DNA of 62,426 nucleotides, the filler included, from Dugesia japonica (taxonomy: Eukaryota), in NCBI GenBank assembly GCA_001938525.1. It is 6 parts of 6 records of this genome, joined end to end, with 100 filler letters (N's around TTAATTAATTAA, not from the genome) between each part and the next. Parts side by side here need not be neighbours in the genome. Positions count along the whole stretch, not along the records: positions 1 to 10,120 come from MQRL01596522.1; positions 10,221 to 19,930 come from MQRL01618450.1; 4 more parts are not named here. The stretch is one strand, 5' to 3'. Of the stretch, positions 1 to 12,752 are shown in pieces. Made by a program: the position numbers and the translations under genes. Below the pieces are notes generated by a model. It saw nothing but the letters and a program-made list of their open reading frames with translations. It was not told the origin of the DNA and did not search any database. Each line of letters opens with the position of its first letter. Position 1 is the stretch's first letter.

Positions 1-539
1 CTCGTAAAAAATAATCCCACACCGAATTTGATGAATTCTCTTTAGAGACATCTATAAAAATTTCGTCTTGCTTATCCGCCATCCCTGGGTTTAAAAATAT
101 GTATAAAAGAAATATATGAATTTTTGAAAACAGATAAAACCTACCTATGTCCAATACTACCGTGAAGAATTGAACTTAAATGNNNNNNNNNNNNNNNNNN
201 NNNNNNNNNNNATAATGATTTACTGTTTACCAAATTCGCTATTACACTTAAATATAACATAACCAAACACAGGAAAAACATTTATATTATGAATTCACAA
301 AAAATGTAAATGTTAAAACGAATAACATTATTTTTATATTTTTATTTCTCATAGCATATTGTTTGTACTTTTTAGAAAAAATAATTACTTATATCGTCAG
401 TTGCTTAAATTCCGTGTAATTTGTTAGAAAGAAAAAAATATTAAATCCGAATAATCCATAATTCGATTTATTTCAATTTCGGATTTTAAAAAAAAAGCAA
501 GGCGGAATTTCGGAATTCCAGATTTAGATTCCCCACCTA
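1..539 (-). mobile_element. 5' end of a hAT-family DNA transposon (TIR, subterminal repeats, start of a BED-finger transposase)
   Basis: Minus strand starts TAGGTGGGGAATC at 539 (TAGG-type hAT terminus), with CCGAA/TTCGG-like subterminal repeats at 440-530. After a short GT..CCAG intron, the ATG at 82 reads MADKQDEIFIDVSKENSSNSVWDYFLR (SxVWxYF begins a BED zinc finger) and runs off the window edge. Confidence 0.5.
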
Positions 540-1606
540 TATGTGATAATTGTCTAGTACATTAATTGTTAATATAAATTAATCAATTTGTAAATACAGA
601 AACACTTTGGTATTCATTCATAGTTGATGAGTATGGTAGTTTAATTAGAAAATAGGAAATATAATGAATGCAGATAGTTTATTATTATATAAATTTCATT
701 TCGCGATAATTTTCGGTTGCTCATTAAACTTTTGAGACGTGAAATAAATATTTGAAAAATATCTGTTATATGACATTTTTGTTAGTACAAATTTTAACAT
801 CTTTGAAATGTTACCTGGACTGTTTGACTATTGAGTCTATTTTTAACATTTATGAGACATTTTTTAAGTGGGATCTCTTTATTCATCTATTCTTTGCTTG
901 TCTTATTGTTTGACTTGTAACTGCTCTTATAAATTTCACATTTAGAGCTTAAAAATACCTTAAATTGCTGAAAGCAATATAACATTGTCAATAAAATTGT
1001 TAAATAAATACATTGCTAAAAGGAAATTATACCCTAATTTAGCTGTCTTTTGAAGAATATTTTGCTCATCTCATTTAAATAATCAAAATAAGATTTAAGA
1101 ATTATTTACAGTAGTTGTTATTATTAATTATATTTTATTAAATGACATGTAAAAGTTTGTAATAATTAAGGATTCTGACATTTTTTGTATAGATTTCTTT
1201 TTAAAAGACTGATGTTCCTCGACGAACATTTAATTAGACTAGATATATATAAAAAATATTTTTTTCTGTATTATGCCAAATATTTTTATTTGTACTTTAG
1301 ATAAATACACGTACATCAACATTTGAGAAAATAAAATTAATTTTCAATGGTGTTGGTAATGATAAATAAATTATCATACATTACTGCAATTCCGTGATTG
1401 ATAATAAAAAAAATTTATGAATTCATTACTAATTAAGTTTTCATAAACCATTTCATCAAATTATTAGTTGGTAAAATATAAAATAAAACGTTAGGCTTGG
1501 ATAGATAAACACATAATATGAGGCATTTATTTTAAACGATTAAATTCAATTTATTAATATAATAACAATTAAATTGTAACGCGAAAGTTCTAAACAATCT
1601 AATAAT

Positions 1607-2442
1607 TTATTGAGCCTTGGCTCGAATTGCGGCTCTTTTCGTTGTAAGAGCTTTGTAACCTGCTGATTGTTGATCAACACTGTAACGTGATCCACATGCT
1701 TTACAATCAAGAAACAATAATCGATTATCTTTTTCGAGATTAGTAGTACTAGAATGGCATGTTTTGCATAGTACGTAGCTCCCTAAATTAATTTAATAAA
1801 AAATTAGAAAAAATCAACTAAAATTAAATTACTGCAATAATTTTTTAAAACACTTTCAATTTGTTTATTTAGAAATCTTCCTCTCAGAAGTAATGAATTA
1901 TTTTGATCCACACTGCTGGTAGTACCCAATTCATTTTCTAAAAATTGTTTCAAATTAGTGGAATCTCGATTAATGCATTTGCAAATTATTGAAAAATTCA
2001 CAAAAGATGTTTTCTTGCTTCCAACTTTTGCTAATGATGGTGGAACCATTTTCAGTTTTCTTGAGCTCTCATCCATTAATTTGGGATTACTTGCGTAAAG
2101 TTTATCAAATACACGCCTTAAATACTTTTGTAGGAAATAAATTTATATATTTTAGGTAAAATAATTTTACTTCCTCATAAATGTGTTCGTCGATTACTTC
2201 GTCTTTAATAGCTGATTGATCATCGTATATTATACACTCCCTGATAAAAGCATTTAACCTTTTTTTTCTCAATCCATCAAAAACTAAGGGATGATAAAAG
2301 TTTTTATCAATGTCATGATCTGCAATATCATTTTTCTTTTCAACTTCAAATTTAGTCTTCTTCTTTTTCTTTGTTTTTGAAAAATCTATGTCCGCCTTTA
2401 TTAAATTTAAGAAATATCTAATTAAAATATTAATCTAACCAT
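1607..2442 (-). CDS. EIF2S2: Eukaryotic translation initiation factor 2 subunit beta; exons 2442-2440, 2395-2171, 2124-1833, 1782-1607; 231 aa
   Basis: Three GT-AG introns (44, 46, 50 bp) give an intact frame: MADIDFSKTKKKKKT...IYEEYLRRVFDKL...MVPPSLAKVGSKKTSFVNF...FLENELGTTSSVD...LRGRF...YVLCKTCHS...LFLDCKACGSR...GYKALTTKRAAIRAKAQ*. Contains the Lys box, eIF2B/eIF5 core and C2-C2 zinc finger. Confidence 0.95.
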
Positions 2443-2749
2443 TTCTACTTAATAAATATGATGACATTATTTATTATTTAAACAAATTTACGTTAAATAA
2501 ACTTGAAACTATAACAATAAGTCTTTTAAAATTTTTAAAATACACAAAACATTAAATTCATATTAAATAAAATATTTTAAACTTTATTAAACTTTTAAAC
2601 TTTTTACATGGAAATAAATCAAAGTGAAGGGTATTTCTTCAATAGCTATTATTAAATTGAATTTTATAATTTCTGATTATTTCAACGTTTAATTTTAAAA
2701 TTATAATTATAAGTGGAAAAAGAGAATTTAAAATATAGGATATATATAT

Positions 2750-3945
2750 GCGCTCTTTGAAAAATATTTTTAAAATACCTTAGAATTTCTTGGATAATCT
2801 GCTGACGGGTATAACTCACAATCTTTTGTACTCAACGTAATGAAAGAGATTATTCAAACATGTATCTGTACGAATTTTCTATATTTTCATTAGACTTATC
2901 AAAAGGAAAGATATTCATTATAAATGACAATAAATAATGAAATAATTATAATTTATATTTTTAAATACAATTATATCTAGAATAATTGTTCGACTTAATA
3001 ATTGGTCGCATTTTGGAATTTTCAATAAATTAAAAAGTGTAGATTAAAAATAGAATTTTTTAACATTTCTTGAAACATTATTTATTTTTATAATTTAATT
3101 AATTATTACTAATAATTTTTAAGCAATATAATTTCAAATCAAATAGGTTATTCAAATAATTATTGTATTTATATTTATTTATTTATCATTTATTTTTTGA
3201 AAATCCTCATGAAAAATTTAAATTAAAAAATATTTTTTTAAATTTATATATACATATGAACTTTTATAGTAATTGAAATTTTTAAATAAATTAAACATTT
3301 CTTGGATTATTATTATTGTGACTTATCAATAAAATTGAAATGCGTAATTCAAAAAGAGTTTCTTCAATTTCATGCTAAATATTCGATTTTTCAACGAGTA
3401 TTCTTTACTCCACACCCTCACCAGGAGTGTAAAACGTGTGTTAACACATGTACCTATGCCGAAAATACGGTAATTTCAAAAAATCAATTTTCATATAATT
3501 TTTTTTATTTTTTATAATTAACTATTTTATTAAAAATTTTTAAAAAAATTTCTAATATTGAAATTAATTTATTTTAATCGTTGGAATTTTTATGATTTAT
3601 AAAATTTTATTTCTTCAGAATTTCGAAATATTTAAATTAAAATTATTTATTTATAAGAAATAATTTTAAAAGCTTTGTAACAAAGCTTATCAATTAAATA
3701 ATTTTTAGTTTTGTATTTCTGAATTTTATCTATTTTATTTTCTTCAAATCGATTGATATTTAAACCATTTTATTTCTAAAAAGATCATTAAACTATACAC
3801 TGTTTAATATAAAAAAAAACTTAATGTCACTTATTTAAATGCGTTCTTTGAAAGATATTTGAAAAATATCTTATAAATTCCCGTCTATCCTCTGACGGGT
3901 ATAATCTTCAAAGTTATGTATTCAATTTAATGAAACAGATAATTT
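2750..3945 (+). repeat. Two diverged direct copies (about 105 bp) of a dispersed repeat at about 2750-2855 and 3841-3945
   Basis: Both read TCTTTGAAA.ATATTT..AAAATA.CTTA.A..TT...CTGACGGGTATAA...TGTA.TCAA..TAATGAAA.AGAT.ATT. Confidence 0.55.
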
Positions 3946-5072
3946 TCTATGAATTTTTGATATTTCAACTACATAAGGGTTTCCAAACTTTTTCATTTAC
4001 GTACAACTCTTCCTTCTCCATCTTAATTGGAGTAGCACCAATAACCTCTGATACTACTTTAAGTCAGGTTTCGCGTTTATGTTACTAATTCCGAAATTCT
4101 ATAGTATTCGTTTTATCTTATTTTCTATTGTTTTTTTTATATCTTATTATTAAATTTCGCAATTTGCATTAGTTTATTTTAATTATAATTTTGCTTGATA
4201 GAAAATGGTGTAGAAGCCGTCAAAGTCTCCTGTTGGGACAGTTGGGATACTTGTTGATGTGTATATAGTTGCGGAGGGAAAACTTTATGCTTTTTACTTT
4301 ATCAATATAAATAAAAATTTCAAAATTAAAAACTCATTAAATAAAATTTAACGAGTTTTATTAACTAACTAGTATAGACAAAAATAGGCTATTAGTTCTT
4401 TGGAATTTTGTAATTATAAATTCTGTAATTCTCTTACCAAGTACTCGCTACTTTTTTCTACTCAACTTTAGATTTTAAATTGTTTTCGAGAGTTTCTTTA
4501 TTTTTCCGTTTGAGGTAATTTCCTTGAGTTCGTTTCTAAGTGTATATATGTTTCTGTTGTCGGTCTTGTTCATCTTTGAATAATTTTGCCTTGATTTACT
4601 TTCTTTAAGTTGGCGGTTGCAAGTAGACATAATTCTACTTCAAATTAAATATTTTAAATTGTGTGATCTATATAGATTATTGATTAACATTTTTAATAAA
4701 ATGGTAACATGCAGAGTTAAAAAAACATTATTTTTAAAAATAATTATTTACGTTCAATGAAATGAAATAATAACAACACGAAACTCACTTTAATAATTAA
4801 AATAAAATTCAATATCTTAACTTCCTTCTACAAACATTAAAACACACACATGAAGAAAAAAGCATTTTTAAAACGGTTTTCATTAAAATTTTTATAAATG
4901 GTTGAAGTTTTAGTAAATGAAGCAATTTTATAAATATAAATTTAAAATTTTATTAAATAAAAAGTGCACTGTGTAGCATGTAAGAATGTAAAAATAAAAC
5001 AATATTTTTACTAGTTTCAGATATTATTGTTGTTGGGGTTTTGGAAAGTTGTTGGGTATTATGTTTTTTTTT

Positions 5073-5172
5073 GGTGACCAGACAATTCGACACATGACAA
5101 ATCGACACCCGCCAAATCGACACACGGATAAATCGACACACGGATAAATCGACACAAAGACAAATCGACACA
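5073..5172 (+). repeat. About 15-bp tandem repeat (AAATCGACACACGGA-like, 6 units) after a GGTGACC terminus; probable subterminal array of a MULE/foldback transposon
   Basis: The TCGACAC core recurs six times. It lies directly before a long minisatellite and a MULE transposase remnant. Confidence 0.6.
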
Positions 5173-6160
5173 TATTTTTTTATAATTTTTTAATATTTTT
5201 TATTATTTTTAATAATTTTTTGGTATAATTTTTAATAATGAATTTTTTTGGTATAATTTTTAATAATAAATTTTTTTGGTATCATTTTAATAAATTTTTT
5301 TGGTATAATTTTTAATACTGAATTTTTTAGGTATAATTTTTAATAATGAAATTTTTTGGTATAATTTTTAATAATTGTTTTTGGTATAATTTTTAATACT
5401 GAATTTTTTAGGTATAATTTTTAATAATGAATTTTTTTGGTATAATTTTTAATAATGAATTTNNNNNNNNNNNNNNNNNNNNNNNNNNNNNNNNNNNNNN
5501 NNNNNNNNNNNNNNNNNNNNNNNNNNNNNNNNNNNNNNNNNNNNNNNNNNNNNNNNNNNNNNNNNNNNNNNNNNNNNNNNNNNNNNNNNNNNNNNNNNNN
5601 NNNNNNNNNNNNNNNNNNNNNNNNNNNNNNNNNNNNNNNNNNNNNNNNNNNNNNNNNNNNNNNNNNNNNNNNNNNNNNNNNNNNNNNNNNNNNNNNNNNN
5701 NNNNNNNNNNNNNNNNNNNNNNNNNNNNNNNNNNNNNNNNNNNNNNNNNNNNNNNNNNNNNNNNNNNNNNNNNNNNNNNNNNNNNNNNNNNNNNNNNNNN
5801 NNNNNNNNNNNNNNNNNNNNNNNNNNNNNNNNNNNNNNNNNNNNNNNNNNNNNNNNNNNNNNNNNNNNNNNNNNNNNNNNNNNNNNNNNNNNNNNNNNNN
5901 NNNNNNNNNNNNNNNNNNNNNNNNNNNNNNNNNNNNNNNNNNNAATTTTTAATAATAAATTTTTTTGGTATCATTTTAATAAATTTTTTTGGTATAATTT
6001 TTAATACTGAATTTTTTGGTATAATTTTTAATACTGAATTTTTTTGGTATAATTTTTAATACTGAATTTTCTTGGTATAATTTTTAATAATGAATTTTTT
6101 TGGTATAATTTTTAATACTGAATTTTTTTGGTATAATTTTTAATAATGAATTTTTTGTTA
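5173..6160. repeat. Minisatellite, unit about 27-30 bp (TTTTTTGGTATAATTTTTAATAATGAA), collapsed across an N gap
   Basis: More than 15 visible units on both sides of the 5463-5943 gap. Confidence 0.9.
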
Positions 6161-6289
6161 TAAATAATAATAACGCTAAAATATAATATTTGAGTGGCTG
6201 CCAGCTTAGTAACAAGTGATCAACTGCTTTACATAAAGATAGTCATCTAGTATGTTTATGTCGAACCACTTCACGAAATTGTGATTCGT

Positions 6290-6475
6290 AAAAATAATAA
6301 CATTTTTCAAATTTTCTCGTGTTTTGGCTNNNNNNNNNNNNNNNNNNNNNNCTTTCAATATAACGTTTTCAATGTCGAAAGACAATAATTTCAAAGCATT
6401 TTTATCATAATTATGAATTATAATATTATTGCAATAAGCTGCAATAATGGTTTTATTTTCTTCCTTCACTACAAG
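6290..6475 (-). pseudogene. hAT transposase fragment, inverted copy of 7255-7440
   Basis: VVKEENKTIIAAYCNN..NALKLLSFDIENVILK..AKTRENLK is nearly identical to the plus-strand copy. Confidence 0.75.
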
Positions 6476-6522
6476 AAAAAAGTTTGAAACTATCTCTTTC
6501 AGATATTGATATTTCTGTCTTT

Positions 6523-6846
6523 TTACGACCTTTGCGCATTGGCTAGAGTAAGCCTGTAGCAAGCAATGACTTTTTGAAGACCATCAAACAAATACCAAAT
6601 ACCGAAATGACTGCAGTTTAAAAAATAATTGAGCACATTATGGAAGCCCTCGCAACAGTTTGTAGTCTTAGGTGACATTTCTGCTGCTGTCTCGTGATGA
6701 TTCCAAACTCTTATTGGAAACTGAGGATCTCTGCATGCTGCACATTCAATGTATGTTGAGAAAAAGTAGGTCAGTACATTATTATAATAATTTTCATCTG
6801 GAAAGGTAGTTACCAGCTGATCAAAAATCTTTTTAAGTAAGGACAT
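6523..6846 (-). pseudogene. Mutator (MULE) transposase C-terminal remnant
   Basis: YFFSTYI...FPIRVWNHH...KTTNCCEGFHNVL matches the MULE F..WN...RTNNxxEGWH motif that carries the catalytic Glu. Confidence 0.75.
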
Positions 6847-6931
6847 TGTGCCCGTGCCCTACTATCCCACTACTATTTATAATTTGAATTAATAAGTGAA
6901 TGCGGAATTAAAATTATAAAACAGGCATTTT

Positions 6932-7444
6932 TTGATTCTGAAATCGCTAAAACTTTCAATTGAATTTGTGATAGAAGATTTGAAAAATATCGTAGCATTT
7001 TCTATTTCTACCGACGCGTCAAATAAAGGTAATCGTAAGCTATTTCTTGTAGCCATTCAATTTTATTCTCGACTGAATGGTTTGAGTTTTAAAATATTGG
7101 ATTTCTATGAAGATGCTTTCGAAGATTCAAGATCGATTAAAAATCAACTATGTCGAGTATTAAATGATTATTGATTAATTTGGAACAATATAACTGCATA
7201 TGGAACTGATTATGCTAGCGTGAATTACGAAGTAAACAATTCGGTTGTTCAAAGATTAGTGAATGAAGAAAATAAAGCCATTATTGCAGCTTATTGCAAT
7301 AATCATATAATTGATAATTGTGCTAAAAATGCTTTGAAATTATTGTCCTTCGATATTGAAAACGTTATATTGAAAGTGTTTACTGAGTTTTCTAATTCAG
7401 CCAAAAGACGAGAAAATTTGAAAGAATGTTATTATTTTTACTAA
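6932..7444 (+). pseudogene. hAT transposase catalytic-domain remnant
   Basis: SISTDASN (first D), AYGTDYASVN (second D) and CxxH (CNNH); one in-frame stop at 7172-7174. Confidence 0.75.
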
Positions 7445-8269
7445 TCAGAATTATCTAAATTGGCCTAAAAATTCGTTCTGAAATTTTATCAATTGTCCAA
7501 CTTTTGATTTTAGTAATAGAGTTGTTGATCTTCCTCTGATTGTTAAAATATATGCAGGATATGGGCCAACACCAAAATTTTAACAAATTGAAGTCCCAAA
7601 ATCTGCTTAATTTAGTTAAATAACGGAAAAATACTCGGTAGTACTTACTGTTTTCAAAATTTAAGTATTCAATATTAAATATTATTAAACTCGCTCGTCA
7701 CCGGATGGTATTTTTATTTCAAATAAATTTTAGAGTATTTTGGATGTTTTTATCAAAAAGAAAACTAAAGAGAAAACAAATTTGTAAATCTAAAGACATA
7801 TAATAAGTATTTTAAAATGCGCAATAAAGAACATCCGATCAAATTTTAAGTTAAATTCATTAATTATTTCCATTATTAATAATTTTGTTAAATCAAATTT
7901 ATTTTAAAAATTATTAATTTACTTTAATTAATATCATATTTTTATATTTTAATCATTATGTATTCATAACTATTTTTTAAATTTAGTATTTTTAATAATT
8001 TTAAATTGTTTATGAAAATTATTTAAAATGTTCATTAATTTTAATTAAATAATTATATAAATAATTATTTTAAATATTTGTAAAAATAATTTAACAATTT
8101 ATCCTTATCAATGCTATAACTACATTATAATTTTACTTATGGAAAATCCAATTTATTTCATTTAATTAAATTTGCAAATTAGTGAAAGTAGTATTTAATT
8201 ATTAATGCACTACTTTATTTATTTTCATCTAGACATATAAGATAATTCTTACATATAATAAATATTCTA

Positions 8270-8560
8270 CTTTACTTTCGTTCATCACACTTTCTTTCTC
8301 GGGCTGATAAGTTCTCCATAGGGTACGGAGGGTGGCAAAATTTGCAGCTTACCTCTCAGCGTACTCTGTAATCAGATTTTCCATGAGCTGGTTTGCCTGC
8401 TGCAATGCTAGTTCTTGCTCCTTTTATCAGAGGTGTTGCGTAGTCGACTTAGTGAGCATTTGTTTAAGGCGTACGATCTCCAATTTTAGCTCACGTCGTT
8501 CCTACTATCACTTTGTGATCACGGCCAACACATCTTTCGGTTAAACTGATCCATCTTTTT
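8270..8560 (-). pseudogene. Degenerate coiled-coil ORF B, homologous to 12753-13103
   Basis: Minus frame ERRELKLEIVRLKQMLTKSTTQHL**KEQELALQQANQLMENLITEYAER*AANFATLRTL aligns with KRRELKYEDLRLKGQVMKATTKYNQIKEKELSLQPPNWLMADVIKTYADRESSMFVT*QTL. Confidence 0.7.
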
Positions 8561-8863
8561 GGTTAGACACTAAAATATCGATATTAAAACATTATCGTTT
8601 TATCATCACTTTTAATATTTTAATAAAGTAGTAGGAGACTATTTATTTTATTCATTTCGTATTTAAATTATCAACAACTTGAAACCTTAAGGGTTGTCTT
8701 ATTATTTACTTTTCACGTTTAAATATATATCGGAGTTTCATTATTATTCACTTCTGCTTCTGCAGATTAAATGATAGTCAAATAACCGAACTGCAACTGT
8801 GACATACATATCACATTAAAATAACCAAAAATACGAAAATTATCTAATGAACAACAATGATAT

Positions 8864-9314
8864 TTATTCGAAGCTAATTTGCTGAATCGAGATGCTCAAG
8901 GCCATCAGCTCAGAGACGATCTTCTGTTCTTCCTCCTGTTCTATATGATTCAGCAGCTCCTGTTTTAGATTCCGTAATACAGGTGATTCAGAACTTTCGA
9001 TAGGATAGAACTTCCTCAATAAACGCCTCGCACACTTCGTATGCACGGTCAAGTTGTAATTTCATCGCTTGGCGCTCTCTTTCCTTCGTGACTACTTGAA
9101 ATTTCAGTATTTCCTTGTCTGCCTTCAGATCCAACATAACTATTTCAAACTTCCTTCTTGCATCCGCCAACAACCAGCATTGAACTTTATCCCACTCCAC
9201 GTAGTATACGCATTCTTTATCGATTCAAAGCCAATTGTAATCATCAGGTTTTAGTGATCCAAAAAATCTCTTTAATCCGAAAATCTACGAGTAACCAACA
9301 AAATTATTTATCAT
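8864..9314 (-). pseudogene. Frameshifted coiled-coil ORF A of unknown function (probably a TE accessory gene)
   Basis: Overlapping ORFs 8988-9200 and 8864-9052 are heptad-rich (E/K/L/Q). Same position in the module as 13395-13863. Confidence 0.5.
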
Positions 9315-9359
9315 GAAAAGAAAATTTTTTAGTGTATTACACAAATTATAATAATCCAT

Positions 9360-9475
9360 TCTTCGGCCTGCGGCCTTTCAGGTCTTCTTCCTGACTCCTG
9401 GAGTAAGAACGAGAGAAGATATTGCTATCTTTTCTCGTTCGAAATCCTTCGGAGTCCTGTCAAGATTTCCTTACT
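9360..9475. ncRNA. Candidate structured RNA, copy 1 (pseudoknot)
   Basis: GGCC-NNN-GGCC hairpin; 15-bp hairpin 9407-9440; long-range pairs GACTCC/GGAGTC (9393/9451), AGTAAG/CTTACT (9402/9470) and TCTT/AAGA (9360/9462). Same topology as 13921-14043. Confidence 0.55.
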
Positions 9476-10120
9476 TGCGAAGTTATAAACATATTTCAGG
9501 TTCTCGTTTAAGTTAAGCTGATTTTTAGTGCTTTAAATATGATTGACATTCGCTTAGTATTATTCGTTTAACAAATGTTACGATTATTTTATTTAACTAT
9601 TATAAAATTATTTTAACCAAGCCAAGTATTGAGCAACTGAAAATTAAATTATTTAATTTAGATGAAAATCATTATTAGTCCTATTCAATTACCAAAATGA
9701 GAAATTTTAATTAAGCAAAACAACATTATTTAGTTTAAGAAATTTGAAAATTATATTTAAATCCATAAATTTATCATTACCATTAACCAAAGACAATAAA
9801 CAAATAAAATTAAACAAAGCTTATACAGCTTACAAAACCTTACGCATGATTGAGCTCCCTTAAGTCTATGTATCAATGCCAATATTTTCATTCCATTAAT
9901 TCCTTTTCTTTTGCATCCATGCCCAATTTTTTTTATCACTTTATACAATAATAATAAATATATTAATAATAATCATATTTCTTCCAATAATTCAACATTC
10001 CCTTTTCCTCAAACTCATTCATTCATTGTTCTCCTTAACATTCATTCTCAAAAAAATTCTTCAATTCTTATCACACCAAATTAATTTATCAACATACGCA
10101 TATATAAATAAATATATATA

Positions 10121-10220
10121 NNNNNNNNNNNNNNNNNNNNNNNNNNNNNNNNNNNNNNNNNNNNTTAATTAATTAANNNNNNNNNNNNNNNNNNNNNNNN
10201 NNNNNNNNNNNNNNNNNNNN
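10121..10220. other. Artificial contig linker N44-TTAATTAATTAA-N44 (also at 19931-20030, 31011-31110, 41087-41186 and 50942-51041)
   Basis: An identical 100-nt block with a six-frame stop 12-mer occurs five times. Confidence 0.97.
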
Positions 10221-10271
<51 letters not shown>

Positions 10272-10277
10272 TAATAA

Positions 10278-12394
10278 TGTTGGGGTGAAACACTCAATGT
10301 GGGGAGAGAATTGAGGCCAAGGGCCCAATTTATAAACTAATAAAGAGGGGTGGATCAAAAAGAAGGCCCATTAAGAACAAATGGTGATAGAAAGAGTACA
10401 ATAAATTTTCGGGCAACAGGTGATCGAAATAACGAATAATATATACCGAAATCGAAAGAAAATGAGTATGAAGATCCTCAATGGGGAAATGCAACCCCCA
10501 TCAAAACAATAATTAGAAAAAATTATTAAATAATATTAAATACAAGAAAATTAATTTTGGAAGAAGAATTAATTAATGAAGAATTTTTAATTAAATTTTA
10601 ACGGAAAATAAATCTAAATTATGTAAAAATCCGTTTTTTATGAATAACTTTATCCGGAAAAATCGTAGAAGCTAGCGCTAAGAAAAATTGAACGGAAAAC
10701 GTATCAGAGCATCGGGATTTTGTATCCAGAAAATTGTAGCACCATCGGGAGGATTTTTTCGAAAGGTCAAATATTGGACCAATGAGTGTTCCAGAAAAAA
10801 AAATAAAACAAAGCAATAACAATCACATGCCACTCCAAAAATAGACACCAATAAGATATCAAAAAACTCTACAAAAATTCTAAAAATTGGCACCAACACC
10901 AATAAGAAACAGGAATCCGAAAGTAAAAATAACCGACCAATACAGAACGAGTCAGGGTTCAGCCAAAAATGGTATATAAACCCTCACAATTTTAGAAAAC
11001 AAAAGCTTTAAAAAACGAAATTTTCTAATTTATTTACATCATTTGGATTGTTGTAATTTCACTGAAAAATTCATTGCTGTTTGGAAAATTGTTAGAAGTA
11101 ACCACAAATCGTGAATTAATTTGTTAATTATCTTTGAAATTTTAAGGATGGAAAGTTATCGGTAAATTCAGGTCACGACGAGAAAATAATCAAACCACAA
11201 GTAGATAACCCGTTGCAGAATTAACAGTTATTATCCAAAACCGGATTTGAAAGTAATATTTAATTCTATATTAGATATGCTGTAATGAAAGTAATAATAA
11301 ATTTTCTTTATAAAATTGTTAAAATAATTATTTGATTAACTAAGAAAACAGAAAATTTTTGATTATCACAAAATGCATTTATTTACAATTAGGATTTCCC
11401 TATCCAACGCGTAGTTGCTAAAAATAGATTTCCAGTAATAGATATCATCACCACTCGTACTGATAACCATTTTGGTGATAGATATTGTAATTCCCTTATA
11501 ATAATTTCATCATGCAGTTTGACTGAGTCAATGACGACAGCATAAGAAATAGAATACTTGTGTATATCTTGTTGCATAACTGTTTTCAACGCAGGCAATA
11601 AATATTCTTTTATAAACATACAACTGTTTGTCTCAAATATTGCTGTCAATCTGGCATAATTAAGGTGTATGTTCACATCTATATACTTGTGGTTGTGTCT
11701 TTAAAAAAAATATAACTTATATGAATCATGATTCTTTATCCAAATAGATACTTAACTCTCTCTAACGTACAATCCAATAATCAGTTTCGATCAATGGTAC
11801 TCGTCCAAAGTATGGATTTAAAAAGTGGATTACAGACAATGCAAGTATGAAAGTCTTGTGTAAAGTATATCTGGATTAAATTTTCGCGTACAAAATATTA
11901 CTATATACTAATGCAGGATGAATATTTTATAGCATGTTATCATTTGATCAGATCTATAAGAAATGAATTTGTTTAGCGTTTCATTTTGCTTTCGTGGATA
12001 AATTATTTCATTAGTAAGAATTGTTCATGCAGTACGAAACTCTGAGATGGCCTTCTAAATGAATTTCAATTAATAAGGAAAGAGTATTTTGCACTGATTT
12101 ATCTAATAAGGATGTTAAACCAACGTAAAACCAATTTGAACAGAATGAGGTCAATTCTGTTGCTCACCAGTATTTTTAACTTTATCAACCAGTATTTCAG
12201 AATAAAGTTTTATGCCGATATTTAAACTCACTTTTCACACCGATAATCAATGGGGATTGACGAAACCTATCCTTCAAAGGTGAATGGCACTAGATAATAA
12301 AAAAATATTTTTTATGAGTATGGTCGTTTAGTGTTCGTTTGACGTTAGGGGGTTGCTTTTTCGTTTCATTAACGACTCAGGGAGAACCTCAACA
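10278..12394. mobile_element. 2.1-kb TGTTG...CAACA element (solo LTR or Ginger-like non-autonomous element) inserted in an (AAT)n tract
   Basis: Starts TGTTGGGG and ends CCTCAACA, flanked by ATAA on both sides within AAT repeats. A degraded minus-strand ORF lies inside (11389-11676). Confidence 0.5.
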
Positions 12395-12752
12395 ATAATA
12401 ATAATAATAATAGTAATAATAATAATAATAGTTATGTTGGGTTTTTAGGATTTGATGTTCTAAAATTCTATCTTTGAACTCGTTGATCTCGCTTCTAATA
12501 ATAAAAACCACAAGTATTTATGTCACCTCTGTGACATGCCCATTTTTCCGCGGGTTCAGCGCGACTTCGTGTCTTATTCATAAATCGGTGAACTCTGACA
12601 GCATCAATTTAATATGCTCAGTAAGAAAATAACTTATTATTACCATTCTACTTATAAAAATTTTTTTGTTTATTCACTACAAATTTGTATCAACAAAATA
12701 ATAATACTTCATTTACAATTTATAACATTTATTTTAACACAATAAAACCCCT

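Noticed and set aside
3975-4630. Purine-skewed minus-strand stretch resembling a gag/protease relic
   Set aside because: No diagnostic motif recoverable; too degraded to call.
5073-6160. CRISPR-like regularly spaced repeats, and ORFs 4953-6059
   Set aside because: No unique spacers, no cas genes and a eukaryotic context. The ORFs are minisatellite or N-run artefacts.
9361-9385. Hammerhead reading of CCTGAAAGGCCGCAGGCCGAAG on the minus strand
   Set aside because: Lacks CUGANGA and GAAA, and copy 2 has CAGATA at that position. Kept only as an unclassified structure.
10165-10176. Recurrent TTAATTAATTAA palindrome every ~10 kb
   Set aside because: Always centred in exactly 44+44 Ns: an assembly concatenation linker, not biology.
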